From positions 29,545 to 79,984 of the forward strand of contig JAZKIP010000010.1 of NCBI GenBank assembly GCA_040384805.1: 50,440 nt of DNA. Direction: 5' to 3'. A program made the translations under genes and the position numbers. Positions 24,941 through 35,646 of the stretch are shown one piece after another. How positions within the stretch are numbered: the stretch's first letter is position 1; every line of letters starts with the position of its first letter. The notes beneath the pieces are model-generated. The model saw only the letters and a list, made by a program, of their open reading frames with translations. It made no database searches and was not told the DNA's origin. The stretch is from Patescibacteria group bacterium. Lineage in GTDB: Bacteria; Patescibacteriota; Minisyncoccia; Phycocordibacterales; UBA9973.

Positions 24941-27793
24941 ATGAAAAATTACGACCATACTAAAATTGAGCGTAAATGGCAGAAGGAATGGGAGGCGAAA
25001 AAACTATACCATGCAAAGACAAAAGCTAAGGGAAAGAAATTTTATGGCTTGATCGAGTTCCCATATCCGTCAGGATCAGGCCTTCATGTGGGCCACATCA
25101 GAAGCAATACGGCTATGGATATTATCACTCGCAAGCGCAGGATGGAGGGATACAACGTGCTCTATCCGATCGGCTGGGATGCTTTCGGACTGCCGACGGA
25201 AAACTATGCGATCAAGACAGGAAAACAGCCCGAAAAAGTAACCAAAGAAAATACCGACATGTTCCGCAAACAGCTCAAGGCATGCGGCTTCGGATTCGAC
25301 TGGTCGCGGGAAATCAATACGACCAATCCGGCCTATTATAAATGGACGCAGTGGATATTCTTGCAATTTTATAAGAAAGGTCTCGCATATAAGACGAAGA
25401 CCATGATCAACTGGTGCCCGAAGGACAAGATCGGCCTTGCCAACGAAGAAGTGGTCAACGGCCGCTGCGATCGCTGCGACGGTCCCGTTGAAAAAAGAGA
25501 AAAGGAGCAGTGGATGCTTGCGATCACGAAATACGCCGATCGTCTTGATAAAGATCTCGATGATGTGAATTACCTTGAAAAGATCAAGATCCAGCAGAGA
25601 AACTGGATCGGAAAATCCGAGGGAAGCGAAATTGATTTTACAATCAAAAATTTCCCGGAAAAAGTTACCGTTTTCACAACCCGTGCCGATACTCTCTACA
25701 GTGCCTTTGCAGTTATCCTTGCACCGGAGCACTCTTTGGTGGAGTCTCTGAAAGGACAGATAGAAAACTGGAGCGATGTGGAGAAATATATTTCCGATGT
25801 TAAGAAGAAAACTGATATCGAGCGTACCGCCGAGGACAAGGAAAAAACAGGAATCGAGCTCAAGGGAATCCGTGCGATCAATCCGATTAACAACGAAGAA
25901 ATTCCCGTATGGATCGCAGACTTCGTGCTTGTCCACTACGGTACGGGAGCGATATTCGCCGATATTCATGACGAGCGCGATCATGCCTTTGGCAAGAAAT
26001 ATGGCTTGCCCATGCGTCGCTCAATCGAGCCGGTATTCCATGCGTCTGACCATCCGATCCGGGACGGCCTTCCTGTTATAAAGCGCAATGCTATCTGCGC
26101 TGTTATTCGAAACCCGAAAGACGATACCTATTTATGCAGCGTCTGGCGCGATATGCATATGCACGGTCTCATCACCGGGGGCGTCGAAGACGGAGAGGAT
26201 ATGGTGAAAGCGGCCATGCGGGAAATATATGAGGAAACAGGATATAAGAACGTAAAGCTCGTCAATAATCCCGATATCGCGATACACAGCACATTTTTTC
26301 ACCGCAAGAAGCAGGAGAATCGATGGGCGCGATTCCAGTACATGTTTTTTGATTTGATCGATAAGGAGAAAGATGAAATCGACGAAAAAGAAGCTGCCAT
26401 CCATGACGTTGTCTGGAAGAAAAGAAGCGAGCTCGATAATTTTTTCTCTGTCGTTGAAGGGGAATTCGTTCTTAATTTGATCGATACGGGTGACTATATA
26501 CATACGGGAGAGGGAATACTCTCGAATTCAGGTCCTCATACCGGCATGACATCCGAAGAAGCCCGAAAAAAGATAACAGAAGCTATCGGAGGAAAGATCG
26601 TGACGAAATACAAGCTTCGTGACTGGGTCTTCTCGCGTCAGCGCTATTGGGGAGAGCCGATTCCGATCATTCATTGCCAGATATGCGGCTATGTTCCGGT
26701 TCCGGAAAAAGATTTGCCGATACTCTTGCCGAAAGTAAAATCATATACGCCGACCGACACCGGTGAATCTCCGCTTGCCGCAATTTCGACATGGGTTAAT
26801 ACGACATGCCCCCACTGCAAAGGCAAAGCCAAGAGGGAAACTGACACGATGCCCAATTGGGCGGGAAGCTCGTGGTACTATCTTCGCTATACTGATTCGA
26901 AGAATAAGAAAGAATTCGCAAGCCCGAAAGCCCTTTCATATTGGATGAGCAAGAAGTCAGGCGGAGTCGACTGGTACAACGGCGGCATGGAGCATACGAC
27001 GCTCCATCTGCTCTACTCGCGTTTCTGGCACAAATTCCTCTACGATTTAAAGCTTGTGCCAACGCATGAACCCTATATGAAAAGAACATCTCATGGCATG
27101 ATCTTAGCCGATGACGGTTCAAAAATATCAAAATCAAAAGAAAATGGCGTCAATCCGATCGATGTCATAAAAACCTACGGAGCTGACACCCTTCGGGTCC
27201 ACGAGATGTTCATGGGTCCGTTCGACCAGGCAGTGCCGTGGAATTCAGAGAGCCTGATCGGCTCGCGGCGATTTCTTGAGAAAGTGTGGAGAGCCGCAAC
27301 TCTCCTTGAGACTAAGAATAAAAACTCTCATAAGGAAATCGAAAAAACTCTTCATAAGACGATCAAGAAAGTCACTGAGGATATTGAGACCATGAGCTTC
27401 AACACGGCGGTCTCGTCGATGATGGTCCTTGTCAATGAAATTGAAAAACAGAAGGAGATTTCCCGGAAGGATTTCATGATGTTTTTACGGATACTCTGTC
27501 CCTTCGCTCCTTTCATTGCCGAAGAGTTGTGGCATCAGATGGGAGAGAAAAAATCAATTCATCGTGCGCCATGGCCCGCATATGATTCACAAAAGATCAT
27601 CGATGAGGAGATTACAATCGTCTTTCAAGTCAATGGCCGCGTGCGCACGGAAAGAAAGATCCCTCGCGATTTATCCGAAGAAGAGATCAAGGCTCTTGCT
27701 ATAAGCGACAGCGTCGTTATCCCGTGGATCGATGGCAAGGAAATAAAGAAAATCATCTATGTGCCCGGACGACTTGTTAACATTGTTGTCTAG
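24941..27793 (+). CDS. leuS: leucine--tRNA ligase carrying an inserted NUDIX hydrolase domain
   Basis: 950 aa. HVGH (HIGH), KISKSK (KMSKS), the CP1 editing motifs TTRADTLYSAF and GTGAIFADIHDERD, and RDWVFSRQRYWGEPIP. The Nudix box GGVEDGEDMVKAAMREIYEETGY is at nt 26177-26245, inside an extra segment of about 150 aa. Confidence 0.95.
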   Translation: MKNYDHTKIERKWQKEWEAKKLYHAKTKAKGKKFYGLIEFPYPSGSGLHVGHIRSNTAMDIITRKRRMEGYNVLYPIGWDAFGLPTENYAIKTGKQPEKVTKENTDMFRKQLKACGFGFDWSREINTTNPAYYKWTQWIFLQFYKKGLAYKTKTMINWCPKDKIGLANEEVVNGRCDRCDGPVEKREKEQWMLAITKYADRLDKDLDDVNYLEKIKIQQRNWIGKSEGSEIDFTIKNFPEKVTVFTTRADTLYSAFAVILAPEHSLVESLKGQIENWSDVEKYISDVKKKTDIERTAEDKEKTGIELKGIRAINPINNEEIPVWIADFVLVHYGTGAIFADIHDERDHAFGKKYGLPMRRSIEPVFHASDHPIRDGLPVIKRNAICAVIRNPKDDTYLCSVWRDMHMHGLITGGVEDGEDMVKAAMREIYEETGYKNVKLVNNPDIAIHSTFFHRKKQENRWARFQYMFFDLIDKEKDEIDEKEAAIHDVVWKKRSELDNFFSVVEGEFVLNLIDTGDYIHTGEGILSNSGPHTGMTSEEARKKITEAIGGKIVTKYKLRDWVFSRQRYWGEPIPIIHCQICGYVPVPEKDLPILLPKVKSYTPTDTGESPLAAISTWVNTTCPHCKGKAKRETDTMPNWAGSSWYYLRYTDSKNKKEFASPKALSYWMSKKSGGVDWYNGGMEHTTLHLLYSRFWHKFLYDLKLVPTHEPYMKRTSHGMILADDGSKISKSKENGVNPIDVIKTYGADTLRVHEMFMGPFDQAVPWNSESLIGSRRFLEKVWRAATLLETKNKNSHKEIEKTLHKTIKKVTEDIETMSFNTAVSSMMVLVNEIEKQKEISRKDFMMFLRILCPFAPFIAEELWHQMGEKKSIHRAPWPAYDSQKIIDEEITIVFQVNGRVRTERKIPRDLSEEEIKALAISDSVVIPWIDGKEIKKIIYVPGRLVNIVV

Positions 27794-27849
27794 TCATTTA
27801 AAGTGTCATTGAGTATAATGAGCTTATTACCATACTAAAATTAAAAATA

Positions 27850-30171
27850 ATGAAATCAAAAAAAGCGCATCTCTTTAACAGGCTGTCATTTGCAACTCTG
27901 CTCGCGACCATTTTTTTGTCGCTCTTCTTCTTTGTCCCTTATACGCCGGTTACCCTTGAAGCAAGCAAAGGATTCCTCGTGTCTGTCGGGATGACTCTTG
28001 CGCTTTTCTTTTGGCTGATCGCATGCCTCGTAGAAGGGAAAGTCGTGATTCCTCGCGACCGGCTCATCCTTTTTGCCGGGCTTATTCCAATCGTATTCCT
28101 GATCTCATCGTTCTTCTCCTCATCATTCTATGTATCTCTTTTCGGAACGGGATTCGAAACCGGCACGTTCGGCTCCATTCTCGTTCTTTTTATCCTTTTT
28201 TTCCTGTCGGCGATTCATTTCCAGACAGAAAGGAGGGTCTGGTATTTTTATCAAGCTCTCTTTTTCGGCGCTCTGCTCGTTGCGCTTTTTCAAATTGTGA
28301 ATATGTTTGCAGGTATTGGCGGCATGCTGCCGGGGTTCTTTCAGGGAATGTCCTTTGGCAATCTCATCGGCGGTTGGAGCGATTTTGCGTTCTTTTTTGG
28401 CCTCGTGATCATCATAGCGGTCTCGGCGATAGAGTTTCTTAAAACAAAAATTCTTTTCCGTATCGGGCACTATATACTCTTGGTTTCAGGGTTATTTTTC
28501 CTTGCTATCATCAATATCCCTCTCGTCTGGCTTCTCGTCGGGCTCTCCTCGATCATTGTCTTTATTTACAGCATATCGGCGACAAACAGAACCGATTCCC
28601 ACAACCACGCAAGAGCGTTCCCCGCAGCCTCTCTTCTTGTCATTCTTGTCTCTCTTGTTTTCCTTATCGGCAGCAGTTCTCTCGGCAACCTGATCTCTCA
28701 GCATATCAGCGTTTACAATCCCGATATTCGCCCTTCATTCGCGTCAACCGCCCATGTTGCATGGCAAGCGATTACGGATAACCCCCTCTTGGGAAGCGGT
28801 CCGAATACATTTGCCATTGATTGGGCCCTGTGGCAACCGAAGGCCTTCGCGCAAACATCCGTCTGGAATATGGAATTTACGAGCGGAGTGAGCCTTTTGT
28901 CGACCTTTGCGGCAACAACCGGTATTCTCGGCATCGTTTCTATTCTGCTTTTCCTCGTCGTATTTATCATCAGAGGTATCCAGTCTCTGCGGATCGCATT
29001 TAATAAGGATAACCCTTCTCATTATTTCCTTGTTGTTACGTTTTCGACGGCGCTCTATGCATGGATTACCGTCATTCTTTTTACGCCTAATATCATCATG
29101 CTTGCTATTGCATTCGCGACAAGCGGAATGCTTATCGGCATATTGGTCAACAAGCAGGCGGTACGGATACGCGAATTCTCATTTCTCGGTGATCCGCGCG
29201 GAAGCTTCTTCACCATTCTTGGTCTTATGATAATGATGATCGCTTCCATATCTCTTGCATACGTGTATGCCGAAAAATTCGCATCAGTTATTTATTTCTC
29301 GCGCAGCCTTGCCAGCGACGGTACTCCGCAATCACTGGCGCAATCCGAAAAAATGCTTGCCAATGCGATTATTCTCGACAAAAACGATCTGTATTATCGC
29401 GCTTTGTCGCAAGTGTATGTGCAGGAAATCGGAACTCTCGTCAACGATACGACTGTCTCGCAGGATACCTTGAAATCGACTCTCCAAAATCTGCTTAATC
29501 TTGCCCAGCAAAATGCCGAGCAGGCTATCATGCGGAATCCGAAGCACTATTTGAATTACGTCAATCTCGGCAATGTATACAGTTCTCTTGTGCCTCTCGG
29601 AGTCGCTCAAAGCTATGAAGGCGCGAAAGCCGCCTATATCCGCGCTTCCGAACTTGCGCCGAATAATCCGGCCATATATCTGCGGAGAGCTCAGCTCGAA
29701 TCTATCAATAAGAATAACGATGAGGCGCGCAAGCTTATTGAGCAAGCCCTCGCTCTAAAGTCTGACTATACGGACGCGCTCTTCTTTCTCGTAGAAATTG
29801 AGACAGAAGAAGGGGACATTGCAGGAGCAATCAGGCAGGCCGAACGCGCAAGCGAGCTTTCTCCTAAGGATGCAACAGTGTTCTTCCGGCTCGGACTGCT
29901 TCGCTATAAAAATGGCGACTATAAGGGGGCCGCAAGCGCGTTTGAGGCGGCTGTTATCCTCAATACATCATACTGGAATGCGCGCTACTATCTCGGACAA
30001 GCGTATCAGAAAGAAGGTCGCATGGAGGATGCGCTCGCGCAATACCGAATACTTGAAAAATTCCTTCCTGACAATCAGGATGTCAAAGATGCAATCGGCT
30101 CGCTTTCGAAACCGGCTCCATCTTCATCCGTAGAAACAACATCCCAAGAGGATACTGAGCGAACGCCATAG
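27850..30171 (+). CDS. O-antigen-ligase/polymerase-like polytopic membrane protein fused to C-terminal TPR repeats
   Basis: 773 aa. The N-terminal about 480 aa are multi-TM with a large loop containing NPLLGSGPNTF (Wzy_C-like). The C-terminal about 250 aa show TPR-like A..Y...A.....P repeats. Confidence 0.65.
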   Translation: MKSKKAHLFNRLSFATLLATIFLSLFFFVPYTPVTLEASKGFLVSVGMTLALFFWLIACLVEGKVVIPRDRLILFAGLIPIVFLISSFFSSSFYVSLFGTGFETGTFGSILVLFILFFLSAIHFQTERRVWYFYQALFFGALLVALFQIVNMFAGIGGMLPGFFQGMSFGNLIGGWSDFAFFFGLVIIIAVSAIEFLKTKILFRIGHYILLVSGLFFLAIINIPLVWLLVGLSSIIVFIYSISATNRTDSHNHARAFPAASLLVILVSLVFLIGSSSLGNLISQHISVYNPDIRPSFASTAHVAWQAITDNPLLGSGPNTFAIDWALWQPKAFAQTSVWNMEFTSGVSLLSTFAATTGILGIVSILLFLVVFIIRGIQSLRIAFNKDNPSHYFLVVTFSTALYAWITVILFTPNIIMLAIAFATSGMLIGILVNKQAVRIREFSFLGDPRGSFFTILGLMIMMIASISLAYVYAEKFASVIYFSRSLASDGTPQSLAQSEKMLANAIILDKNDLYYRALSQVYVQEIGTLVNDTTVSQDTLKSTLQNLLNLAQQNAEQAIMRNPKHYLNYVNLGNVYSSLVPLGVAQSYEGAKAAYIRASELAPNNPAIYLRRAQLESINKNNDEARKLIEQALALKSDYTDALFFLVEIETEEGDIAGAIRQAERASELSPKDATVFFRLGLLRYKNGDYKGAASAFEAAVILNTSYWNARYYLGQAYQKEGRMEDALAQYRILEKFLPDNQDVKDAIGSLSKPAPSSSVETTSQEDTERTP

Positions 30172-30186
30172 CACGTCTCTTCCGGT

Positions 30187-31872
30187 ATGGTGAAGCGCAT
30201 CCTCACATTTTTTAATAAAGAGTTTAACGGCGTAAATGAGGCGGCGCTTCTTCTCGGGGGATTCGCATTCCTTTCCCAGCTTTTGGGGATGGTGCGCGAC
30301 AGGACTCTTGCTCATGTGGTCGGTGCCGGGCCTGTTCTTGACGTGTATTATGCCGCCTTCCGCATACCGGATTTCCTCTACATATCGATCGCATCTCTTG
30401 CATCAGTGACGGTATTGATGCCGTTTCTGATCGACAAGATAAACAACGGACCGCAAAAAGCCGATGATGCGCGGCGTTTTCTCAACAGCATTTTCAGTGC
30501 CTACATGCTTTTCATGGTCGGGGTGAGTATTGTTGTGGCGCTTTTTATGCCCCATATCGCGCGATGGATCGCGCCCGGATTTACCGAAGCGCAGCTTGAT
30601 TCTCTCGTCATGATAAGCCGGATCATGCTCTTATCTCCGATCTTTATTGGACTTTCCAATTTGATCGGAACGATCACTCAGCTTTTTCGGAATTTCTTCG
30701 TTTTTTCCCTGTCGCCGGTATTTTACAATATCGGTATTTTATTCGGTATCGTGTATCTGTATCCGCGGGTAGGAATAGCGGGACTTGGATGGGGGGTGAT
30801 CACAGGCGCGATTCTCCATCTTGCGATCCAGATACCGACCGTAATCAAGCATAGATTTTTCCCGACATTTTCGCGCATTACATGGTCTGAAGTCAGAAGC
30901 GTCGTTTCGACATCGCTTCCGCGCACTTTCACGCTTTCTTCCAACAGCCTTGCCTTTATCGTGCTGATCGCCATGGCATCGACGCTCGTTCCCGGATCAA
31001 TATCACTTTTCACATTCTCGTATAACTTGCAATCGGTCCCTGTCGGGATCATCGGCATCTCGTATTCCGTTGCGGCATTTCCGCTTCTGGTCCAATCGTT
31101 TTCCAAGAAAGATATGGGAAACTTCATCGGACATATCATAGGTGCCGCCAAGCAGATCGTTTTCTGGTCATTGCCCGCCATGGCTCTTCTTGTCGTTCTG
31201 CGCGCTCAGATCGTCCGCGTTGTTCTCGGATCGAATGCTTTCTCATGGTCGGATACCCGCCTGACCGCCGCCGCCGCCGCGCTCTTTATCGTTTCTCTCG
31301 TTTCTCAAGGCCTCGTTCTTCTCTTCGTGCGCGGATATTATGCGACAGGCAACACCAAGAAGCCCCTGATCGTTAATGTCTCATCATCGATCCTGGTTAT
31401 CATTCTCGCGTCTGTTTTTGTCTTTTTATTCAGGCATTACCCGATGATGCTTTCGCTCATGGAAGGATTGCTCCGCGTGAAAGACGTGCCGGGTACCATC
31501 ATGCTTGCATTGCCGCTAGCCTATGCTTCCGGATCACTGATCAACTTTTTTCTAATCTGGGTCCTCTTCAAGAAAGATTTTATCCGCGGGGTTCATTCGG
31601 GCTTGTCTGTCACATTCGTCCAGAGCGCGCTCGGCGCTGTTGCCATGGGTTCCGTGGCATACATTTGTCTTGATCTTTTCGATGATGTTTTTATGCTCTC
31701 GACCGGATGGGGAGTGTTTCTGCAAGGATTCTTCTCGGGTGTTATCGGTATTGCATTCGGAGTTGTCGTTCTAACACTTCTTGGAAGTCGCGAGCTTGCG
31801 ACCCTTCTTCAAACTCTTACGAAGAAGCTCTGGCGCAAGCAGACAATCGCTCCAGAACAAAAGGAACTATAA
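30187..31872 (+). CDS. murJ: lipid II flippase MurJ (MviN family)
   Basis: 561 aa with about 14 TM. LLGMVRDRTLAHVVGAGPVLDVYYAAFRIPDFLY is the MurJ N-terminal signature. Confidence 0.85.
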   Translation: MVKRILTFFNKEFNGVNEAALLLGGFAFLSQLLGMVRDRTLAHVVGAGPVLDVYYAAFRIPDFLYISIASLASVTVLMPFLIDKINNGPQKADDARRFLNSIFSAYMLFMVGVSIVVALFMPHIARWIAPGFTEAQLDSLVMISRIMLLSPIFIGLSNLIGTITQLFRNFFVFSLSPVFYNIGILFGIVYLYPRVGIAGLGWGVITGAILHLAIQIPTVIKHRFFPTFSRITWSEVRSVVSTSLPRTFTLSSNSLAFIVLIAMASTLVPGSISLFTFSYNLQSVPVGIIGISYSVAAFPLLVQSFSKKDMGNFIGHIIGAAKQIVFWSLPAMALLVVLRAQIVRVVLGSNAFSWSDTRLTAAAAALFIVSLVSQGLVLLFVRGYYATGNTKKPLIVNVSSSILVIILASVFVFLFRHYPMMLSLMEGLLRVKDVPGTIMLALPLAYASGSLINFFLIWVLFKKDFIRGVHSGLSVTFVQSALGAVAMGSVAYICLDLFDDVFMLSTGWGVFLQGFFSGVIGIAFGVVVLTLLGSRELATLLQTLTKKLWRKQTIAPEQKEL

Positions 31873-31925
31873 ACCTTTTATTTTAAAGGCTTTTCTGGTA
31901 GGATGAATAAATATAGCCATCATTT

Positions 31926-33692
31926 ATGCCTACCCGAAAATCTTCAGTATTAAAACGCATCGCTTTCTATCTCAAAGATCGCAAGAAACGGTTGTTCTTT
32001 TTACTTATACTGATCCTTGTTTCCCAAATTGCCAGCATCACGGTCCCTTTCATATCAAAAAACCTCATTGATATGCTGACCGCATTTATCCAAAACGGCG
32101 GAATAGTGCCGTGGACTCCTTTGATATATTCCGCTCTTGGGATCTTGATCGTGACTCTGGTCAGCACTATTTTGCAATCTGCCTATAATTACAATCTTTT
32201 CGAGATGACCACGAAAATCGAGGACAAGATCAAGAATGAGGCCTTGAAAAAATATCTTCAACTTCACTCCTTGTTTCATCATGGCGCTTCAGGGGGGCAA
32301 ATCATAGGAAGAATTGATCGCGGGGGAACTGCCATCTATAGTATTGTATATGATATCGTCGGACAAAACCTCGTACCTGCCGGTCTCATCTTCATAGGTT
32401 CATTTATCGCTCTTTTGCTTGAAAACGTATGGATTGCCCTTGCTGTCCTTATTCCGTTTCCCATCTATATTTTTGCAACTCGCCAGATTGCCAACAGAAT
32501 CTACAAAATAGAACAACAATCGAATGATGCGTTCGAGAGCGTTGGCAAAGAAATGTATGACGTTGCGGGGAATGTCCTTACGGTCAAGAAATTTTCTCAG
32601 GAAGAGATAGAAACGGAAAATAACCGGACGCTTATGGCAGGCGCTCGTGAGATCCAATATACCGCCGAACGCTTATGGCAGCGAATCGAGAATATCCAGG
32701 CAATCATCTCCACGACAGGCCGCATCGCCGTCCTCTCTCTTTCGGCATTTTTCGTCATACAGGGCACGGCAACGATTGGTCAGTTCGTATTGTACGTTAC
32801 GCTTCAGAATATGGCCTATCAGCCCTTGTCTATTCTTGGATCCCTCTTTACCCGCATCAGGAGAAATACGACACGAGTGGAACGACTGTTCAGCATTCTC
32901 GATGAGCCGCTCCATGTCGTCGACAGCGAAAATGCTGCTGTACTTCATCCTCTTGAAAAGAATATTGAGTTTAAAAATGTCTCGTTTTCCTATCATAACG
33001 ACGGGCAATGGGCTCTGAAAGACATCACTGTACTTATTCCTGCGGGTACAACATGCGCTCTGGTCGGGCGATCGGGAAGCGGAAAGACAACTTTCATCAA
33101 TCTGCTCCTGCGATCGTATGATCCGCAGAAAGGCGAAATAATGATCGATGGCGTCGATATCCGCACTGTCACGCAAGCGAGCTTACGCGGACAGATTGCT
33201 GTCGTTCCTCAGGAAGTCGATCTATTTTCTCGGACGGTTGCTGAAAATATCGCCTATGGCCGTGATGTCATGTCGCGCGACGAGATCGAGAATGCGGCCC
33301 GGACGGCGCTTGCACATGACTTTATCCTTAAATTGGAAAGTGGATATGATACTGTCGTCGGAGAAAGGGGAATCAAGCTTTCCGGAGGTGAGCGCCAGAG
33401 AGTCGGGATCGCGCGGGCAGTATTGCGCGATCCCCGTATTCTGATTTTGGATGAGGCAACAAGCCATCTTGATACGGAAAGCGAGCAGCTTATCACTCGC
33501 GCAACCGATGCTCTTGTGAAGAACCGCACATCTCTTGTCATCGCTCATCGCCTGTCGACTGTCATTCATGCCGATATGATCCTTGTCTTTAAAGACGGCA
33601 CTATAGAAGCGGCGGGAACGCATGCGCACTTATTAGAATCGAGTCCGACATATGCCAAACTGCATTCATTGCAGTTCGCCGAAGATGAATAA
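31926..33692 (+). CDS. ABC transporter, fused permease/ATP-binding protein (MsbA-like exporter)
   Basis: 588 aa. A 6-TM domain, then GRSGSGKTT (Walker A), LSGGERQR (signature) and ILILDEATSHLD (Walker B). Confidence 0.9.
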   Translation: MPTRKSSVLKRIAFYLKDRKKRLFFLLILILVSQIASITVPFISKNLIDMLTAFIQNGGIVPWTPLIYSALGILIVTLVSTILQSAYNYNLFEMTTKIEDKIKNEALKKYLQLHSLFHHGASGGQIIGRIDRGGTAIYSIVYDIVGQNLVPAGLIFIGSFIALLLENVWIALAVLIPFPIYIFATRQIANRIYKIEQQSNDAFESVGKEMYDVAGNVLTVKKFSQEEIETENNRTLMAGAREIQYTAERLWQRIENIQAIISTTGRIAVLSLSAFFVIQGTATIGQFVLYVTLQNMAYQPLSILGSLFTRIRRNTTRVERLFSILDEPLHVVDSENAAVLHPLEKNIEFKNVSFSYHNDGQWALKDITVLIPAGTTCALVGRSGSGKTTFINLLLRSYDPQKGEIMIDGVDIRTVTQASLRGQIAVVPQEVDLFSRTVAENIAYGRDVMSRDEIENAARTALAHDFILKLESGYDTVVGERGIKLSGGERQRVGIARAVLRDPRILILDEATSHLDTESEQLITRATDALVKNRTSLVIAHRLSTVIHADMILVFKDGTIEAAGTHAHLLESSPTYAKLHSLQFAEDE

Positions 33693-33696
33693 AAAT

Positions 33697-35514
33697 ATGG
33701 AAATAAAAAATATTAGAAATTTCTCGATTATTGCCCACATCGATCACGGCAAATCGACTCTTGCCGATCGGATGCTCGAAGTGACCCATACGATCGAAAA
33801 GCGCAAGATGAAGGACCAGGTTCTCGACTCTATGGAGCTTGAACGGGAGCGGGGAATTACGATCAAGATGCAGCCAGTTCGCATGGAGTATTCTCATGGG
33901 GGAGAAACATATACCCTCAATCTCATCGATACGCCGGGACATATCGATTTTTCCTATGAGGTCTCCCGCGCTTTGAAAGCCGTTGAGGGATCGATTCTTC
34001 TTGTCGATGCGACGCAGGGCGTGCAGGCGCAGACACTCACAACATTAGGTCTCGCCCGTGAATCAGGTCTTGTTATCATTCCTGTTGTCTCGAAAGTTGA
34101 TTCGCCTCTTGCCCGCGTCGAGGAAGTGAAGATGGAAGTGGCGCTTCTTCTGGATATCGATCCTGACAGCGTTCTTTCGGTATCCGGCAAAACAGGATAT
34201 GGTGTTCCCGAGCTTCTTGAAGAAATTATCAAGAAGGTTCCCGCTCCCGCGCACGAAGAGATGACTCCTGCAGTCTCGGGCCGCGCTCTCGTCTTTGATT
34301 TTAAATATGACAACCATCGCGGTGTTATCGTCTATGTGCGCGTCATCAACGGGCAATTCAAAAAAGGGGAATCCCTTCTTTTCGCAGTTTCCGAAGAGAA
34401 ACTGATCTCCCTTGAAGTGGGGACATTCTCTCCCGAAGAGACTCCGCGTGATACTATCAGTACCGGCGAGATCGGCTATATCGTCACCGGCATCAAAAAG
34501 CCCGGTATCGCATCGGTCGGAGACACGATCACATATGCCAAGAATCCTGCGCCTGCATTGCCCGGATATATGAAACCGCGGCCTGTTGTCTGGGCATCGA
34601 TTTATCCAGAAAGTCAGGATGATTTCCCGAATCTCAAGCTTGCCTTGAGCCGTCTGCGCCTATCCGATTCATCGTTCTCATACGAAGAAGAATCTTCAGG
34701 AACGCTTGGCAGAGGATTCCGCTGTGGATTTCTGGGAATGCTTCATCTTGAAATCATTACCGAACGCCTTAACCGCGAATTCGATCTTGAACTCATTGTT
34801 ACTATGCCCTCTATCACATATAAGGTTGTTTTGCGCGGCGGGAAAGAAGAAACGATCTATTCTCCGCACCTTTTCCCCGATGATGGAAACGTCATGAAAG
34901 TCCTTGAGCCGTGGGTTAACGTCAAGATCATTGTTCCGTCGGCGTATGGCAGCCTCTTAATGCCGTTTCTCTTTGATCATGAAGCACATGTGAAGACAAC
35001 CGAGAATTTCGGCGATAATCGGTCGGCGATCGAGCTTGAGATGCCGCTTCGGGAACTGATGCGGAATTTCTTCGATGATATGAAAAGCATCACGTCGGGT
35101 TACGCATCGATTTCATACGAGATCGGGGATTATAAGGAAGCTGATGTGGTCCGTCTCGACATTATCGTTGCCGATGAGCCGATGATCGCCTTCTGCCGCG
35201 TTGTTTCCCGGCGCCGCGTCGAGGAAGAAGCTCGGACGCAAGTTGAGAAACTCCAAAAGATCATTCCTCGCCAACAGTTCGCATTCAAGATCCAAGGCAA
35301 GGCCTTGGGCCGCATCATCGCGAGCGAATCGGTATCAGCCTTCCGCAAGGATGTCTTGATGCACGGAAGCAAGGTTGTCGGGGGAGGGGATATCAGCCGC
35401 AAGAAAAAACTCCTTGAGAAACAGAAGAAGGGCAAGAAGCGCATGCAGTCGCAAGCAAAGATAAACATCTCTCATGATGTTTTCTTGAAGATGATGCGCG
35501 GCGGAGATAAATAG
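33697..35514 (+). CDS. lepA: elongation factor 4 (LepA)
   Basis: IRNFSIIAHIDHGKSTLADR, DTPGHIDF, and the LepA-specific C-terminus ...GGGDISRKKKLLEKQKKGKKRM. I prefer the ATG at 33697, 5 nt after the ABC stop, to 33652. Confidence 0.95.
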   Translation: MEIKNIRNFSIIAHIDHGKSTLADRMLEVTHTIEKRKMKDQVLDSMELERERGITIKMQPVRMEYSHGGETYTLNLIDTPGHIDFSYEVSRALKAVEGSILLVDATQGVQAQTLTTLGLARESGLVIIPVVSKVDSPLARVEEVKMEVALLLDIDPDSVLSVSGKTGYGVPELLEEIIKKVPAPAHEEMTPAVSGRALVFDFKYDNHRGVIVYVRVINGQFKKGESLLFAVSEEKLISLEVGTFSPEETPRDTISTGEIGYIVTGIKKPGIASVGDTITYAKNPAPALPGYMKPRPVVWASIYPESQDDFPNLKLALSRLRLSDSSFSYEEESSGTLGRGFRCGFLGMLHLEIITERLNREFDLELIVTMPSITYKVVLRGGKEETIYSPHLFPDDGNVMKVLEPWVNVKIIVPSAYGSLLMPFLFDHEAHVKTTENFGDNRSAIELEMPLRELMRNFFDDMKSITSGYASISYEIGDYKEADVVRLDIIVADEPMIAFCRVVSRRRVEEEARTQVEKLQKIIPRQQFAFKIQGKALGRIIASESVSAFRKDVLMHGSKVVGGGDISRKKKLLEKQKKGKKRMQSQAKINISHDVFLKMMRGGDK

Positions 35515-35646
35515 GCTACTGTTGGAAAACCGGCAGATACAATATGATCATGCTTATGATAACGATGACCGAAATGACCGCGAAGACCCTCTCCATTCTT
35601 TTCTTATTCTTCTGGCTGAAAAACATGATATAATCTTACCATATTC

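Noticed and set aside
25076-25984. 302-aa ORF on the minus strand
   Set aside because: It lies entirely antisense to leuS, whose product has unambiguous LeuRS motifs. It is a typical shadow ORF. The same applies to the other antisense or alternative-frame ORFs inside ddl, alr, murJ, the ABC gene, lepA, ychF and the TPR membrane gene.
33652-33696. Upstream start for lepA overlapping the ABC transporter stop
   Set aside because: The LepA homology begins at MEIKNIRNFSIIAHIDHGKS. The extra 15 residues (MPNCIHCSSPKMNKN) overlap the preceding gene and are not LepA-like.
35516-35596. 26-aa hydrophobic mini-ORF on the minus strand (MERVFAVISVIVIISMIILYLPVFQQ) between lepA and the ftsB-like gene
   Set aside because: It is plausible as a tiny membrane peptide, but it has no clear ribosome-binding site and no support beyond hydrophobicity. 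It is too short to call from sequence alone.
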